DNA of 64,000 nt from the NCBI RefSeq assembly GCF_004010195.1, contig NC_057721.1, positions 34,516,931-34,580,930 on the forward strand. Direction: 5' to 3'. Made by a program: the position numbers and the translations under genes. The notes under the pieces are model-generated. The model was not told the DNA's origin. It made no database searches and saw only the letters and a program-made list of their open reading frames with translations. This document shows positions 11,526 through 24,339 of the stretch, in pieces; the first letter of the stretch is position 1, and each line of letters begins with the position of its first letter. The stretch comes from Chiloscyllium plagiosum. Lineage: Eukaryota.

Positions 11526-13194
11526 AGTGGGGAAATTTGGAAACTGGTGAATTCAATGTGGTTGTAGAGTTCCGAGGTGGAAAATGAGATGTTCCTCCAC
11601 CAGTTTGAGGATGACCTTGTTTAAGCAGTGGAGGAAGCCCAGAATAGATATGTCGTCGGGGAGTGGGAGAGGGAGTTGAAGTGGATGGTCACCTGAAAGT
11701 GGAGTTGGTTGCTGCTTATGGACCAGAGATGTTCCCTGAACTATTCTGCGAGTTTGCGCTCAGTCTCTCCAATGTAGAGGAGACCACATCAAGAGCAATG
11801 GATGCAGTAAATGAGGATCGAGGATATGCAAGTCAATCTCTATCAGACACTTCACAGTTTATCTACCTTTAAAATGTTAGTTACAGATAATTGAAGTACA
11901 TTTTCTGATTGCTCATGTTGACAACCAAGTGCATATATCAGGAAATCCATTAACAGAGAAACTACAAGCTGCACGTGCACGATTTATTGATTTGCACTAC
12001 TGACATCCAAAACTGTAAATGGAAAGTTGACAATCAGGATATTTGCCATTATGACCACCATACATATTTCCTGCTGTTCCATTTTAGACGTAGGAGATGG
12101 AATTCAGTCATTTTTAATTTAGAAAAATAAATTCTGTTGTACGTAATAATAAAATTAAAATAAGGCATAAATTCATAAAATAATAGTGTAAATGTTTTTA
12201 CAAGCAGATGCATTTAAAATCTATGGAGACAAATCAAATTAATGAATGATTTTGATAATTTTGCCTCATTGTCAAACTAAAATTTGTAAATTTTCATAGC
12301 ATTTGCTAAACCTTCCAAAGTGGGTGCTTTATAATTTAAGATATATCATCATACAGTGGTTGCATGTTAGAAATGCCCTTTGTTATTCAAACTCAGCCTT
12401 TTTTAAGCAGGTCTTGATACAACCACAGCCTGTGGGAGAATTTCTCCAGAGCCATTGTTTCGAGGAGAACACTTGATCATGTGCCAAATGCTAGAGGGCT
12501 GTTCACTTTTAAATGGAGTTTGATTGCAGTGATCAACATAAATCCATCAATTCATTTCAGGTGGGAATTCTTAATTTATTCTTCTAATATACCTAACAGA
12601 CACAAACAAGTTTGCTGGGATTTTTAACTTCATTCTATTCAACATATTAATGACAAGTTATTTTTTTTAACAAATATCACAATGTTGGGATTAATTCAAA
12701 AAACTCTCAGGCGCTTCCATGCCATTAATTTCAATGACAAACTCTGTCAATAACATTTTCCTGTATAGACTCTGTATGAGCATAAAGGAGAATGATTTAA
12801 TGGATGCATAATATGCAATACATTTTTCAGACAAACATTTATACTTTCCTGATAAGCAGCAAATATGAAATTTTGCTCCAATATACTTATGCCCCACATC
12901 TCTAAAACATTTATGAGCAATTGAGGGGGGTGTGTTGACATCAAGTGTTGGCTGAGTGCTCCCACTCAGGAAGTGACAAGAAAAATCATTTTAATGCTTG
13001 GTCCTCATTATCACACATGTAGGAAGCTGCCTGCCTGTACTGAGTGTCCAGAGGCAAATATCATCTGGATCAAAGGCCACATGGTTGGCACATGAAAACC
13101 TTAAAAGGGGAGTTTATTTTGTGAATGCATAAGGGAGGGTGCCCATTAGCAGTGAAACAAATTTTACTTGTATTATTTCACAAAATATCTCAAT

Positions 13195-13397
13195 GACTAG
13201 CTAAGCTAGCATTTAATGTCTGTTCTTACCGCCCTTGGCAAGGTAATGGTGAACTGTCTCTTGAACCATTGTATTCCATGGTGGGTAATATATCTACAGT
13301 CTTTTTAGGAAGGTCGATAATTCCATGTCAGGACTGTTTGTGACTGAAACTTTCAGGTGGTGGTATTCCCATGAATCAGCTGCTTCTGTCCTTCTAA
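13195..13397 (-). mobile_element. L2/CR1-group LINE 3' fragment
   Basis: GCATTTAATG...GCCCTTG..AAGGTAATGGTGA...CTTGAACC...GGTGGTGGTATTCCCATG resembles a common shark LINE 3' end in reverse. Confidence 0.6.
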
Positions 13398-13399
13398 AC

Positions 13400-14095
13400 C
13401 GTAAGACCATAAAAAATAGGAACAGGAGGAGGCCATTTAGCCCCTTGAGCCTGCACAGCCATTCAATAGGATCCAACAGGCCTCATGTTCACTTTCATGC
13501 CCTTTCCCAAAATACCTGATTCCTCCACTTACCAAGAATCTGTCTATGTCAGTCTTAAATATACACACACACTGTGCCCCCTCAGCTCTCTGTGACAAGG
13601 AGTTCCAAAGACTAAAAACCCTCTGTGAGAAAAAGTTCCTTCTCGTTCCAGCCTTAAATTGGTGCCCCTTAATTCTACGACAATGCCCTCTGATCCTTGA
13701 TTCTCTCATGAGTGGAAGCATCTTCTCAATTGTTACCATTTCACTCTTAGGTTATCCTTAAGAATCCCATGTGTTTCAATGAGACCACCTCTTATGCTTC
13801 TAAACTCCATTGAGTGGAGTACCAACCTGTTTGATCTTCACTCATTAGGCAGTCCCTCTATACCAGGGATCATCTTATTGAACTTTTTCTTAACTGCCTC
13901 CAAAGAAATATTGTTTCTTAAATAAGGGGACCAAAACTGCTCACAGTACTCCAGGTATAGCCTCACTAGCACCTTGTACAGTTCCAGCAAGACTTCCCTA
14001 CTCTTATACTCCAACCCCCTTGAAATAAAGGCCAACATTCCACTCATCTTCCTGACTACCTGCTGGATCTGCATGCGAGCTTTATGTTGCAGCTT
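13400..14095 (-). mobile_element. CR1 LINE 3' part
   Basis: ORFs read GMLAFISRGLEYKSREVLLELYKVLVRLYLEYCEQFWSPY and ESRIRGH...RRNFFSQRVFSLWNSL. Confidence 0.92.
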
Positions 14096-14803
14096 TCTGT
14101 AGTTTTTTTCTCCATCTAAATGATACTCTCTTCTCTCTTCCAAAATTAACAACTTTGTTTTTTCCTGATTTTGCCTTTGGAGATTATACTAATTTTGTCC
14201 TTAAAAAAAAACCCCAAGTATCAACAAACAAAATCTCATCCCTGCACATACATACTACCATTTCTCCGTACTGGCTACTCTCTCTAACTTGTGAGCAGCC
14301 ATTAATTATTATAAGAAAGTATGTACCTTTTCTTTGAGTTATTGTGTTTCAGAGGGCTCATAAATGACCTCTAAAAATATGAATCTGACATCCTGCCATG
14401 TCAGATAATGGTATAACCATTCCACTTCTGCAGTATATCATGAGCTCCACATTATGAAACCATAGACATCAGTCAGATAGCAATAGCCATCATAACCTTA
14501 CTCAGAAAGTTTCAGTATTCCATCTATTCCCAATATCCAACTAACAACTTGCTATTTCCATGATTCTGACTTCTATTAGCTAGCTTATCAATTAACTGCA
14601 CCTGCTGAATTGTTTATTGCAACTGGAAAAACTCCTCGATATTTAGCAAAGTAAAACTTTGGTTTCAGGAATTCATGCACTTTCAATCACAAATTATCCA
14701 TTTTTGCACAATCAGTGTCTGTGGGGGAACTTTCCAAAGGAAGCACTAAGGGGTGACTTAGTAATTGGCATAAAGTATCCTTTGCACAATGCTCTCTAGT
14801 CTA

Positions 14804-15114
14804 GAGGAGGCAATGGCCTAGTGGTGTTACCACTGGACTATTAATCCAGAGACCCAGGTAATGTTCTGGGGACCACATTAGAATCGTGCCATTGCAGATG
14901 GTGGAATTTGAATTCAATAAATATATGGAATTACGAGTCTGCTGATGACCACGAATCCACTGTTGATTGTCTGGGGGAAAAAAATCATCTCATTCGCTAA
15001 TGTCCTTTGGGAAAGGAAACTACTATTCTTACCTGGTCTGGCTTACATTGTGACTCCAGACCCACAGCAATGTGGTTGCCTGATGCCCTCATCCCGTGAA
15101 TGAATGTTTAAAAA
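14804..15114 (+). mobile_element. tRNA-derived SINE (type 2, TGAATGAAT tail)
   Basis: A-box GGCCTAGTGG; core GGAAAGGAAA...CTTACCTGGTCTGG...GTGACTCCAGACCCACAGCAATGTGG, repeated at 24.5 and 45.6 kb. Confidence 0.8.
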
Positions 15115-15763
15115 ATGTCTCAGCAGTTCGCACTGATGCCTCACAGTGGCAGGGTCGTTGGTTTGGGTGACTTGGGTGACTGTCTGTGTGAAGTTGCACA
15201 GCGAAAAAGTGAGGACTGCAGATGCTGGAGACCAGAATTTAGATCAGAGTGGTGCTGGAAAAGCACAGCAGGTCAGGCAGCATCCGACGAGCAGGAAAAT
15301 CGACGTTTCAGGCAAAAGCCCTTCATTAGGAATGGAGGCAGGGAGCCTCCAGGGTGGAGAGATAAATGGGAGGGGTGGTGGTGGTGGGGTTGGGGAGAAG
15401 GTAGCAAAGAGTACAATAGGTGAATGGGGGTGGGGATGGATGCGATAGTTCCACCACAGAACACACCAGATGGCCTCCTTCTTTAGTGATCGCAATTTCC
15501 CTTCCCACATAGTTGAAGATGCCCTCCAAATCATCTCATCCACATTCCGCACCTCTGCCCTCAAACTCCACCCCTCCAACCGTAACAAGGACAGAACCCC
15601 CCTGGTCCTCACCCTCCACCCTACCAACCTTCCCATTAACCACATCATCCGCCGACATTCCCACCACCTCCAAACGGACCCCACCACCAGAGATATATTT
15701 CCCTCGCCACCCCCTTTCCACTTTCCGCAAAGACTGTTCCCTCCGTGACTACTGGTCAGGTCC

Positions 15764-16267
15764 ATGCCCCTCAACAACCCACCCTCCAGTCCTGGCACCC
15801 TCCCCTGCCACTGCAGGAATTGCAAAACCTACACCCACACCTCTTCCCGTTCCACCATCCAAGGCCCCAAAGGAGCTTTCCCCACCCATCAAAGTTTCAC
15901 CTGCATATCCACCAATGTCATTTATTGTATCCGTTGCTCCCGATGCAGTCTCGTCTACGTTGGGGAGACTGGACACCTCCTAACAGAGCATTTCAGGAAA
16001 CATCTCCTGGACACCTGCACCAATCAACCCCACCGCCCCGTGGCCCAACATTTCAAATCCCCCTCCCACTCTGTCGAGAACATGCAGGTCCTGGGCCTTC
16101 TCCACCGCCGCTCCCTCACCACCCAACGCCTGGAGGAAGAACGCCTCATCTTCCACCTCGGAACACGTCAACCCCACGGCATCAATGTGAACTTCACCAG
16201 TTTCCTCATTTCCTCTCCCCCCACCTTACCCCAGTTCCAACCTTCCAGCTCAGCACTGTCCTCATGA
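15764..16267 (+). pseudogene. Uninterrupted PLE GIY-YIG endonuclease domain (fragment of the PLE ORF)
   Basis: PGTLPCHCRNCKTY Cys linker, then SFTCISTNVIYCIRCSRCSLVYVGETG...RLEEERLIFHLGTRQPHGIN; frameshifted from the upstream RT linker. Confidence 0.85.
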
Positions 16268-16435
16268 CCTGTCCTACCTGCCAATCTCCCTTCCCATCTA
16301 TCTGCTCCACACTCCCCTCTAATCTATCACCCCCATCCCCACCCCCATTCACCTATTGTACTCTTTGCTGCCTTCTACCCAGCCCCATCCCACCCCCCCC
16401 CATTTATCTCTCCACCCTGGAGGCTCCCTGCCTCC

Positions 16436-16471
16436 ATTCCTGATGAAGGGCTTTTGCCTGAAACATCGATT
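16436..16471 (+). ncRNA. Minimal hammerhead ribozyme motif (PLE family A)
   Basis: ATTC CTGATGA A GGGC TTTT GCCT GAAA CATC GATT; the inverted copy at ~15298-15332 keeps CGTC but has CTAATGA. Confidence 0.65.
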
Positions 16472-17690
16472 TTCCTGCTCCTCAGATGCTGCCTGGCCAA
16501 TGTCTGCCAGGGCTCCCATGTCTGCCAGGGTTTCACCAGATGCTCCGGTTTCCTCTCACAGTCCAAAGATGTGCAGGTCGATTGGCCATGCTAAGTTGTC
16601 CGTAGTGTCCAGGAATGCACGGGTTGGGTGGAATAGCCAAGTTGGAGTTACAAGGATGGGGTAAGGGCCTGGGTTTAGGTGGGATGCTCTTTGGAGGGTT
16701 GGTGCAGTCTCAATGGGCCAAAAGGCCTTTTTCTGCACTACAGACATTCTGTGATTCTTCATGTCTAATTATTTTCAGTTTAATTCTTAAGTGACAGAAG
16801 CTATGATCTGAAGCTATTATTCATAACTCTAACACCAATTAACCTTCAACCCAAGCAAAGATGAATATAGTTATGCAGATTCAGCCACATGAAGAGTGAA
16901 AGGAATTTAAATATATTTTCCTTGCTCTTGATTTCACATGGGATAGTCACAGCATAGAATTAGAGCATCTGCCAAATTGTTGTTACCCATGGTATCTTCA
17001 CATTTCATGATGCATGATGTATTTGCATATCATCAGGTGAAATGTGCTGAGAATTTATTGGATCTATGGCAACAAAAAGAAGAAAGTACTTTTTAATGGA
17101 AAAAATGAGGACTTAGCATGCAGCAATAATAAATTCTGTTTTACTGATTACTTCTTGCATTATATCACTGCTATTAGTGGATTTGTTAATTAACTGTATC
17201 ATCAAACACGAAAGTATGAGATAAGGTTTTGACTAGGACATGGGGACTTAACCAATCACCCCAAATTAAATCCCAAGCTTTGGTGATGGTTGATCTCTGC
17301 CATCCTTTATTGTTTGATTTGTGGCATTGTATTCAGTTTGGTAAATGGAATGTCTCATAATAACAGACTGTTTCATCTGAACACAAAGGGACACAGCAGT
17401 AAAATCCATCTGTTCCAAGTTCAGATCCTTCCAGTCCATATGGAGCAGCATTGAGGCATGTTTTGAGAAATTCAAAACCAAGAATACATGTTTCTGACTG
17501 AATAGAATGAAATTATTTTTATAACTGTGATATGAAAGCCATTGTTGCCACCATTTGATGCTTGGCTACCAACTATTCATGGCTAGTAACTGTGGTAAAG
17601 TGTTGCCACCCATCCTCCTTCCAATGCCAGCCTCAGAGGCTGTTTCCTAGTCTGTGCTGGAGAATAGACCACAAATATGTCTCAGAAGAA

Positions 17691-18009
17691 CGGTGACTCA
17701 GTGGTTCGCACTGCTGCCTCACAGCACCAGGGACCTGGGTTCAATTCCATCCTCAGCGACTGTTTGCATGGAGTTTACACATTCTCTCTGTGTCTGGATG
17801 GTCTGATTTCCTCCCACAGTCTAAAGATGTACCGGTTAGGTGGATTGGCTGTGCTAAATTTCCCAGGGATGTGTAGACTAGGTGGACTAGTCATGGGAAA
17901 TGTAGGGTTTCAGGGATAGGATAGGAGGTTGAGCATGGATGGGATGCCCTTCGTAGGGTTGGTGTGAATTTGATGGGCCAAATGGCCTGCTTCCATACTG
18001 TACAGATTC
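17691..18009 (+). mobile_element. HE1-type V-SINE
   Basis: GGTGACTCAGTGGTTCGCACTGCTGCCTCACAG...GGGTTCAATTCC...GGCCAAATGGCCTGCTTCC. Confidence 0.88.
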
Positions 18010-19082
18010 AAGGAAACTCCTGTCCTAGATAACAGGATGTAGTTTATTCCATCACAGTAATCACATACTGTTGACTTTAACTCTTAGTCATGTTAATAAT
18101 TGTTAACAATAGGTGGGTAATACTCTATCACAAAACTGTGCCAGACTGCAATGTTCAAACCATCTCCGGCTGTCCACTGCTCAACCCAATGGCTATATTA
18201 TATCAAAGTTGGAGCTTCAGCTTTACTCACAGTTTACCTCTTTCATTTCCATTATCTTATTCAACATGGGGCAGAAGGCAAGAAACTGGAGAAGGAGTAT
18301 AGTGAGGGGAAATCATAGATGTAAACATAAGAAATGATACATTTTATGCTTAAGTCTTGAAATGAAATTAGATATTAGTATTGTCCTGGAAAATGTTTAG
18401 AAAGAGCCTGAATTGTGCCTGAATATTATTTGTTAACTTGTCTGCAGCAAAATAAAGGCATAGGTATTGAAGGTAGATTTGATAATGTTACACACAACAG
18501 GTTCAAGGAATGGCCTTATTGGAAATCCTAATTGTAAGTCTGTCATGATGGTCACTTATTGAGAAAAACACTGGGTAGATTTTAAGATTAAAATATTTAA
18601 TTGGCTATATTATAGTCGATGGGATAGCATATCCCAGAAATTTCACATCATTTTTTTGCTCAGTAAAATTAATAGTGTGTTATGATGACATAAAATGCGT
18701 GCTATTAAACTTTAAAATCTCACTGGTTATCCTAATAGCCTTGCATTTTCATGTTGAAAGAAGAACTGCTAACAATGAGCAGGCACACTCCAAAATGGCT
18801 GCGAAGTTAACTGATCTGCCAGTTGTTAAACTCAGAGAAATTACAAAGGAGTATCAAACTGTTGGGACTGACTACCACACCAGAACGAGCTATCACAGAT
18901 ACAATGACTAGAAATTAAAATTCATCATCTGCAATTTTAACTCACAGTGAGATCTTCATTGCAGGTGGGAATAGGAGTGAGTACGTGATTTCTTAATTAC
19001 AAGTATTCCTGGAACTAAACTATAAATTTGAACTTCATCTTTCAATTCGAAGGATTGAAAACCCACTCCGTGTCAACAGCTA

Positions 19083-19226
19083 CAGACAAACCTTGATTGA
19101 TTGAATTTTGGATTATCCAAACAAAATCATACGGTCCCGGTGCATGGCTAACTATGTTATCCAGCGTTTGATTAACCGAACGAAATACTCCCCGCCTGCG
19201 TCCTTTGGATAATCGAGGTTCCTCTG
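19083..19226. mobile_element. Tc1/mariner (Tigger-like) MITE, 144 bp
   Basis: TA|CAGACAAACCTTGATT...AATCGAGGTTCCTCTG|TA: imperfect TIRs with a TA target duplication. Confidence 0.75.
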
Positions 19227-19539
19227 TATAACAAAACTAATAGGGAATTCTGATAACAAACCATTGGAACAGCATGGGAAAATGGATTGCCCATTGAGTT
19301 TCAACAACCAGATATTTATCCATCAAGAACTATCACAGATTATGGAAAACATTTAACTAATACACAGTACTGGTCAGTGACACAATGCTCGGCATCCGTC
19401 GACTCATCTGAAGAATCTCTTGGCTCCACGAAAGAAACGGTGGTGAGGCTACTGATAAACAAATAGTTAATAACCTAAATGCAGCAAAATGGAAATAAGA
19501 GCACAATGCAATTAAATTTAAAAGTATTTAAGAATTCTC

Positions 19540-19750
19540 CACAGGGCCTATTAAACTGGCATCCTGTACCATCTGGAAACTCAAGATGCATGGTAACAGC
19601 AACAGATGTAAACGTCTCCCAGGCCTGTTACCATCCTAACTTGAACTTCATTGCTATTCGTTTAATGTTGCTGAATCCAAACCTGGAATTCTCTTCCTAA
19701 CAATCGCTGTCTATTTCACCACACTTCTAGATTATCAACTGCTAGGTCCT
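19540..19750 (+). mobile_element. Decayed L2/CR1-group LINE 3' fragment
   Basis: CCATCCTAACTTGAAC...ATTGCT...CCTGGAATTCTCTTCCTAACA, related to the 13.2 kb element. Confidence 0.5.
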
Positions 19751-20176
19751 GGTGCTGGGGTAACAACATGAGCCAGGACAACAAAGAAGACCTGCATCAA
19801 CTCTGCCACCTACAGCTTGCCATCTACAACTGCAAGGAGCTCAACAGGCTGCTGGGAATAGTCACCAGAGCTTACAGAATGGTCTAATCCAAAATCCAGG
19901 CTGTGTCCCCCCCTGAGGCTCATGCTCACAACTTCCCCCTGTACCTAACCTGCAGGACTCAGTCCCTCTCCCTAAGGCTCATGACACCCATCTAGGATCA
20001 CATACCACCTCCCCCCCGGACAGCCCCAGCGCTGACCACCATCCCACCTACCATCCCAACTCACTCCCTTGAAGGCCCCTACTCCACCCCTAGTCCACCC
20101 CTCAAAATACAAGTCAGTACTACTCCTATGCAATCTCTACCACAATAGGCAAATTCTCTTTCCCCTGCACCCCGGC

Positions 20177-20240
20177 AATCTCTTTCTTTCTTTCTCGCTT
20201 GCTCTCTCGTTCTCTCTAGCTCTCTACTCTCTCTAACTCC
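20177..20240. repeat. Imperfect (CT)n/(CTTT)n microsatellite
   Basis: Directly visible. Confidence 0.75.
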
Positions 20241-22324
20241 CTGCCCTTTGGCATCCCAAAATTACTTGCCCCGCTGCTTGATTTATGCTCTGATTAACTA
20301 CAATTCTACAAGTAGAACATGATTAGTGCAACTTTTGATGTTGACGGTGGCAGCACATGAGCTGAGTGCTGTGGGAAGAATGACTGATGGATGATGAGGT
20401 AGAGGGTGTGGAATATAAGCTGGAAGTGGTGAATCAGTAGACGTGGGATAGATGTGGGATAGAGAGTGATGGGGGTTAGGTAGAGAATTTGAGGTTGGGG
20501 AATTGTAGGGGTAGGCAGAGGAGAGTGGGGTTTGAGGTGGGAGAGTTGTATCAGTGAAAGAGTAGCATGTAAGGTAGGAGAGGTGCAGTGGGGTCCGGGA
20601 TGGAAGTGTCGAAGGGGCATCAGGGAACATAATAGGGTGCGTGGGAGAATGGAGAATGCAGGGTGGGGGACCAAGAGCAGATTGGTTGGGGAAGGGAGGA
20701 GAGTGGAGTACAATTGGTTGGAGTAGGGTTGGATGGAGGGATCAGAGATGTTGGGAGGAGTAGGGAATGGGCATCTGCTGAGGATAGCGGAGAGAGGAAG
20801 GAAAAGGGTGGTCTATAATAATACAGAACAATAAAATGCTATTTCACATTATTATAACTAATTACCATAATTACAACAACCAATATAACTAACACTAATT
20901 AAGCTATAATGATTACTGTAGTGATTTGTCTATGTTAAACGTCACACTGGCAAATGGAATTAGAAAATATGAGATTTGTCTTCCTTTTCTTGTTAGACCA
21001 TCACATTACGCCAAGGATTTAGAAAAAAATCTAACCTGAGTATTTCCTTCGTTGGATTGCTTCGAGGCTGATCAAGCACTTGTTTCAGCTTACTTTCTTT
21101 CCAGTCAATTTCCAATGAGTTCTGTTGAACATTGAGCATTTTAAAGGAAAATGTTATGAAAATGTTTCCAATTGTTGCACTTGGTGCAGTTGGTGGTTTC
21201 ATTTCATGGTCATTGATTTCAATAGATCACTACTAGTTGTCAAGTGATGACTGAATAATTTCTTTGGAACCCCGACTGAACATTCTTGAATGCACAACAT
21301 TGCAAACGAGTGCAATCCAATGCTGTCGGATACAGAATTACCTCTTTTTCTTGTAAAGGCTGGAGACCAGTTTGTTCCAAGGCAAATCCATTCAGTGTTT
21401 GAAGTTTCAGGAGCTTTGATTAGTGGTTATGAGCTGGACGCTGAACTATAGATACCGCAATGGATCGGCAGGAAGAGGAATTTTCTTTGTAAAAGGATGT
21501 AGCCACATCTTTGGATTGGGTCATGGGACTACAAGTGAGGCATGTTAGGGAGCCCAGGGGACAGGAGTGCAGGAGCCTCAACTTTTGTAAGCTTCAGACT
21601 GGTTAGAGGTTTTTCAACTTGTCTGGGTGAGAGTGAGAGCTGCACACTAGCTAAGCAAACTGATCATTGCATCATGCTACAGGAAGCCATTGAAGTGAGG
21701 AGAGTGAAACAATTGCAGTGGCAGTAGTGGATAGAAGGATTGAGTGCATTCTCTGCAACAAAGGCTGATAGTCCAGGGAGCTGTCTTGTCTGCTTAGTGG
21801 CAGGGTTTGGGACATCTGCTCTGGACTGAACAGGAATTTGCAGTGAGATAGAGGGGAACTAGCTTTGAGACAAGGAAGATTCAGTTATCATGTTTCATCT
21901 GAGTACCAATGATTTAGACAGGACAAAGAAAGGGGTTTTGCAGAGTGACTATGAAAAGTGAGACATCAAATTAAGCAAAATTGCAAAAGCCATAAGCTCT
22001 TGATTATTAAATGAACTATGTGAAAATCGCAAAGGGCAAATCAGTTTAGAAAGATGTCTGTGTGGATCAAAGATTGGTATTGGGAAAATGAGTTCATAGG
22101 ACCCTGGCACCAATATTTGGAGAAATGAGAGCTGTGCTAGGGCTAATGGTCTTGTGAGCCACATGGGGATTGGTGAGGCTTTTAAAATAATGGCAAAGCA
22201 TCAAATTTGGGAAGATGTGATAAATCAAAGATTTGAGACAAGACAAACGTGAATGCTATTAATAGAGGAAATGATGTGCTGACCATGAAAGCAAAGATAG
22301 AGAGCATATATCTGTGAGTAAATT

Positions 22325-22693
22325 GACAAGGGATCTTGGTGGTCAGCTAGAGGTCCTGTGCATAACAACGGCTGGGAGCCTGGATCAGGACTTCTACGGT
22401 TGGAGATCGAGTCCAACATAGGAGTGAGGGAGAGTCCCCCAGCATCTGTGATGGCGGCAACAGATGGCAGTCTGAGGTCTTCCAGACAGCGAGCCAAAGA
22501 GGAGGATATTGAGGTAGTGCAGGGAGTGAGAGCTCAGCATGGCTAAGCACTTCAGAAAGCCTGTGGAACGTTTCACGTTATTTCTTTATTTTTCTAATTA
22601 GTACCTAAGATTTTTACATAGGCATCTTTATACCTAAGATGATGCCTATACTTCTGCACTTGAGTACATGTGAGAATAAATTCTAATTCTAAT
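22325..22693 (+). mobile_element. Short retroposon with a Rex1/Babar-like 3' tail
   Basis: GC-rich body ending TGAGTACATGTGAGAATAAA followed by TTCTAA repeats; inserted between CR1 ORF1 and ORF2. Confidence 0.5.
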
Positions 22694-23206
22694 TATAAGG
22701 AAAGTATCTGAATGCAGGTAGCATTTGAGACAAATCAGATAAATTAAGAATCCAAATAGAAATAAATAATTTGGATCTGGTAGCCATCACAGAGATATGA
22801 CTACGGCATGACAAGGATTGGAACCTGAATCTTGAAGGTGGCAGGACCTATAGGAAGCACAGGAAACTAGGAAAAGGTGTTAGTGAGTGATAGATTAGAT
22901 GATATAGAGAGAGATGATATAAGTTCAGGAAATCAGGCTGTTAAAATATTTGGGCAGAAATGAGAAATGATAAAGACAAAAAAAAAATCACTTGGGAATA
23001 ATACACAGGCCACATGTAGGGTGTCGCATGATGAAAGAAATAATGCAAGCTCATCAAAAATGGAAGATGATAATCATAGTTGGTTATAATATACATATAG
23101 ACTGGGAAAATCAGATGGACAAAGCTACCCTGACTTAAGAGTTTATAGAATATTTTCAGATGGTTTCTAAGATCAACACATTCTGGAGCTGTCAATAGAA
23201 AAAGCA

Positions 23207-23414
23207 CAGTCAGTCCTTCTCTAACATGTGTTTCTTCAACACAAATTGGCTTTAACGTGATTGAACAATTTAGACTGTTATTTGTAGAACACAAACTTTC
23301 CTCACCTGTATTGGCTATAATGTGATTCTGGTCCCATTAGTTTAAATGGCGTGGATTTTCTTATAACAAAGATTGCATGAGAACGGAACAATCACGTTAT
23401 ACCAGAACCAATTG
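23207..23414. mobile_element. Tigger-like MITE
   Basis: Imperfect TIRs CAGTCAGTCCTTCTCTAACATG / CACGTTATACCAGAACCAATTG|TA, related to 36259-36476. Confidence 0.55.
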
Positions 23415-23599
23415 TACCTGGTTTTGTGCAAAGAGGCAGGATTATCTCATAATGTAGCAGTGACATAAATGATTGAATTTTCATTCAATTTTTGGGAGAG
23501 AGGAGTGAATCCATGATTTCTTTAAAGCTGAACTAAGGGCACCATTGAGGCTATGAAAGCAAAAGTGGCTAAAGTGAATTAGATAATTAGTCAAAAGAA

Positions 23600-23790
23600 A
23601 GTCAAAAATCACAAGGAATCAGGTTAGAGTCCAACACAAGCTTTCAGAATAATGCTCCTTCATCACTGCACCTGATAAAGGAGTGTCGCTCCGAAAGCTT
23701 CTGATTTCCAATAAACCTGTTGGACCCTAACCGGGTTTTGTGTGATTTTTGACTTTGTCCACCCCAGTCCAACACCAGAACTTCCACATC
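23600..23790. mobile_element. Fold-back PLE stub (family C) with 13-bp TSD
   Basis: Inverted arms around CACCTGATAAAGGAGTGTCGCTCCGAAAGCTT; flanks TTAGTCAAAAGAA (23587) and TTAGACAAAAGAA (23791). Confidence 0.8.
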
Positions 23791-24339
23791 TTAGACAAAA
23801 GAAGAGGTCAATAGAGATGCAGTGGCAGACATTTAATGGTATTTTTCAGAATACTTCGTAGAAAAATATTGCAATGAGTAAGAAACATTCCAAGGGATGG
23901 AATCCCCATCTGTGGCTAACCAGAAAGTTTAAAAATATATGGAAATTAGAAGTAAAAGTATATCATAATGTAAACGTAGGTAGAAGATAGAAGATTTGTC
24001 AGAATATAAAAAAAGCACAGAATGACTAAGAGAAAAGAGGGAGAAATGAGAGAGTTCAGTAAGCTGGTTTGCAAAATAGAAACAGATATTAAGAATTCCA
24101 ATAAATATTTTAACAAGAAAAGAGTTAACAATGTGAGTACTGGTCTTATATAAAAAAAGGAAAGGCAGATGGTATTGAACAGGCAGTTTGCATCATTCTT
24201 CATTCTAGAGGATACAATGGACATCCTAGAAGTAGCTACAAATTAGGAAATGGAAAGGAGAGAAGAAATCTGGAAAATAGTAATCACCAGAAAAATGATG
24301 CTGAATGAATTGTGGATCTAGGTGTTGCCAAGGCTCTAG

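Larger units (their letters stand above)
11145..11845 (-). mobile_element. Penelope-like element (family A) 3' part: GIY-YIG endonuclease and terminus
   Basis: Minus strand reads IYCIHCS*CGLLYIGETERKL; the terminus matches 16330-16497. Confidence 0.85.
15203..16497 (+). mobile_element. Penelope-like element (family A, Neptune-like), 5'-truncated with an inverted terminal copy
   Basis: 15203-15440 is the reverse complement of the 3' terminus (16332-16497); the sense part encodes an RT C-terminal linker (RNKDRTPLVLTLHP) and a GIY-YIG domain. Confidence 0.92.
15118..16760 (+). mobile_element. HE1-type SINE split by a PLE insertion
   Basis: 5' half at 15118-15202 (GCACTGATGCCTCACAG...GTGTGAAGTTGCACA); 3' half from ~16512 (CTCCCATGTCTG...TCCAAAGATGTGCAGG). 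Confidence 0.8.

Noticed and set aside
15244-16443. Long overlapping ORFs (193, 156 and 232 aa)
   Set aside because: Alternative or antisense frames of the C-rich PLE; only the GIY-YIG frame has motif support.
18780-19430. Possible Gypsy gag/protease relic around the MITE
   Set aside because: Only vague similarity (KLIG...EQHG); no D(T/S)G motif visible.
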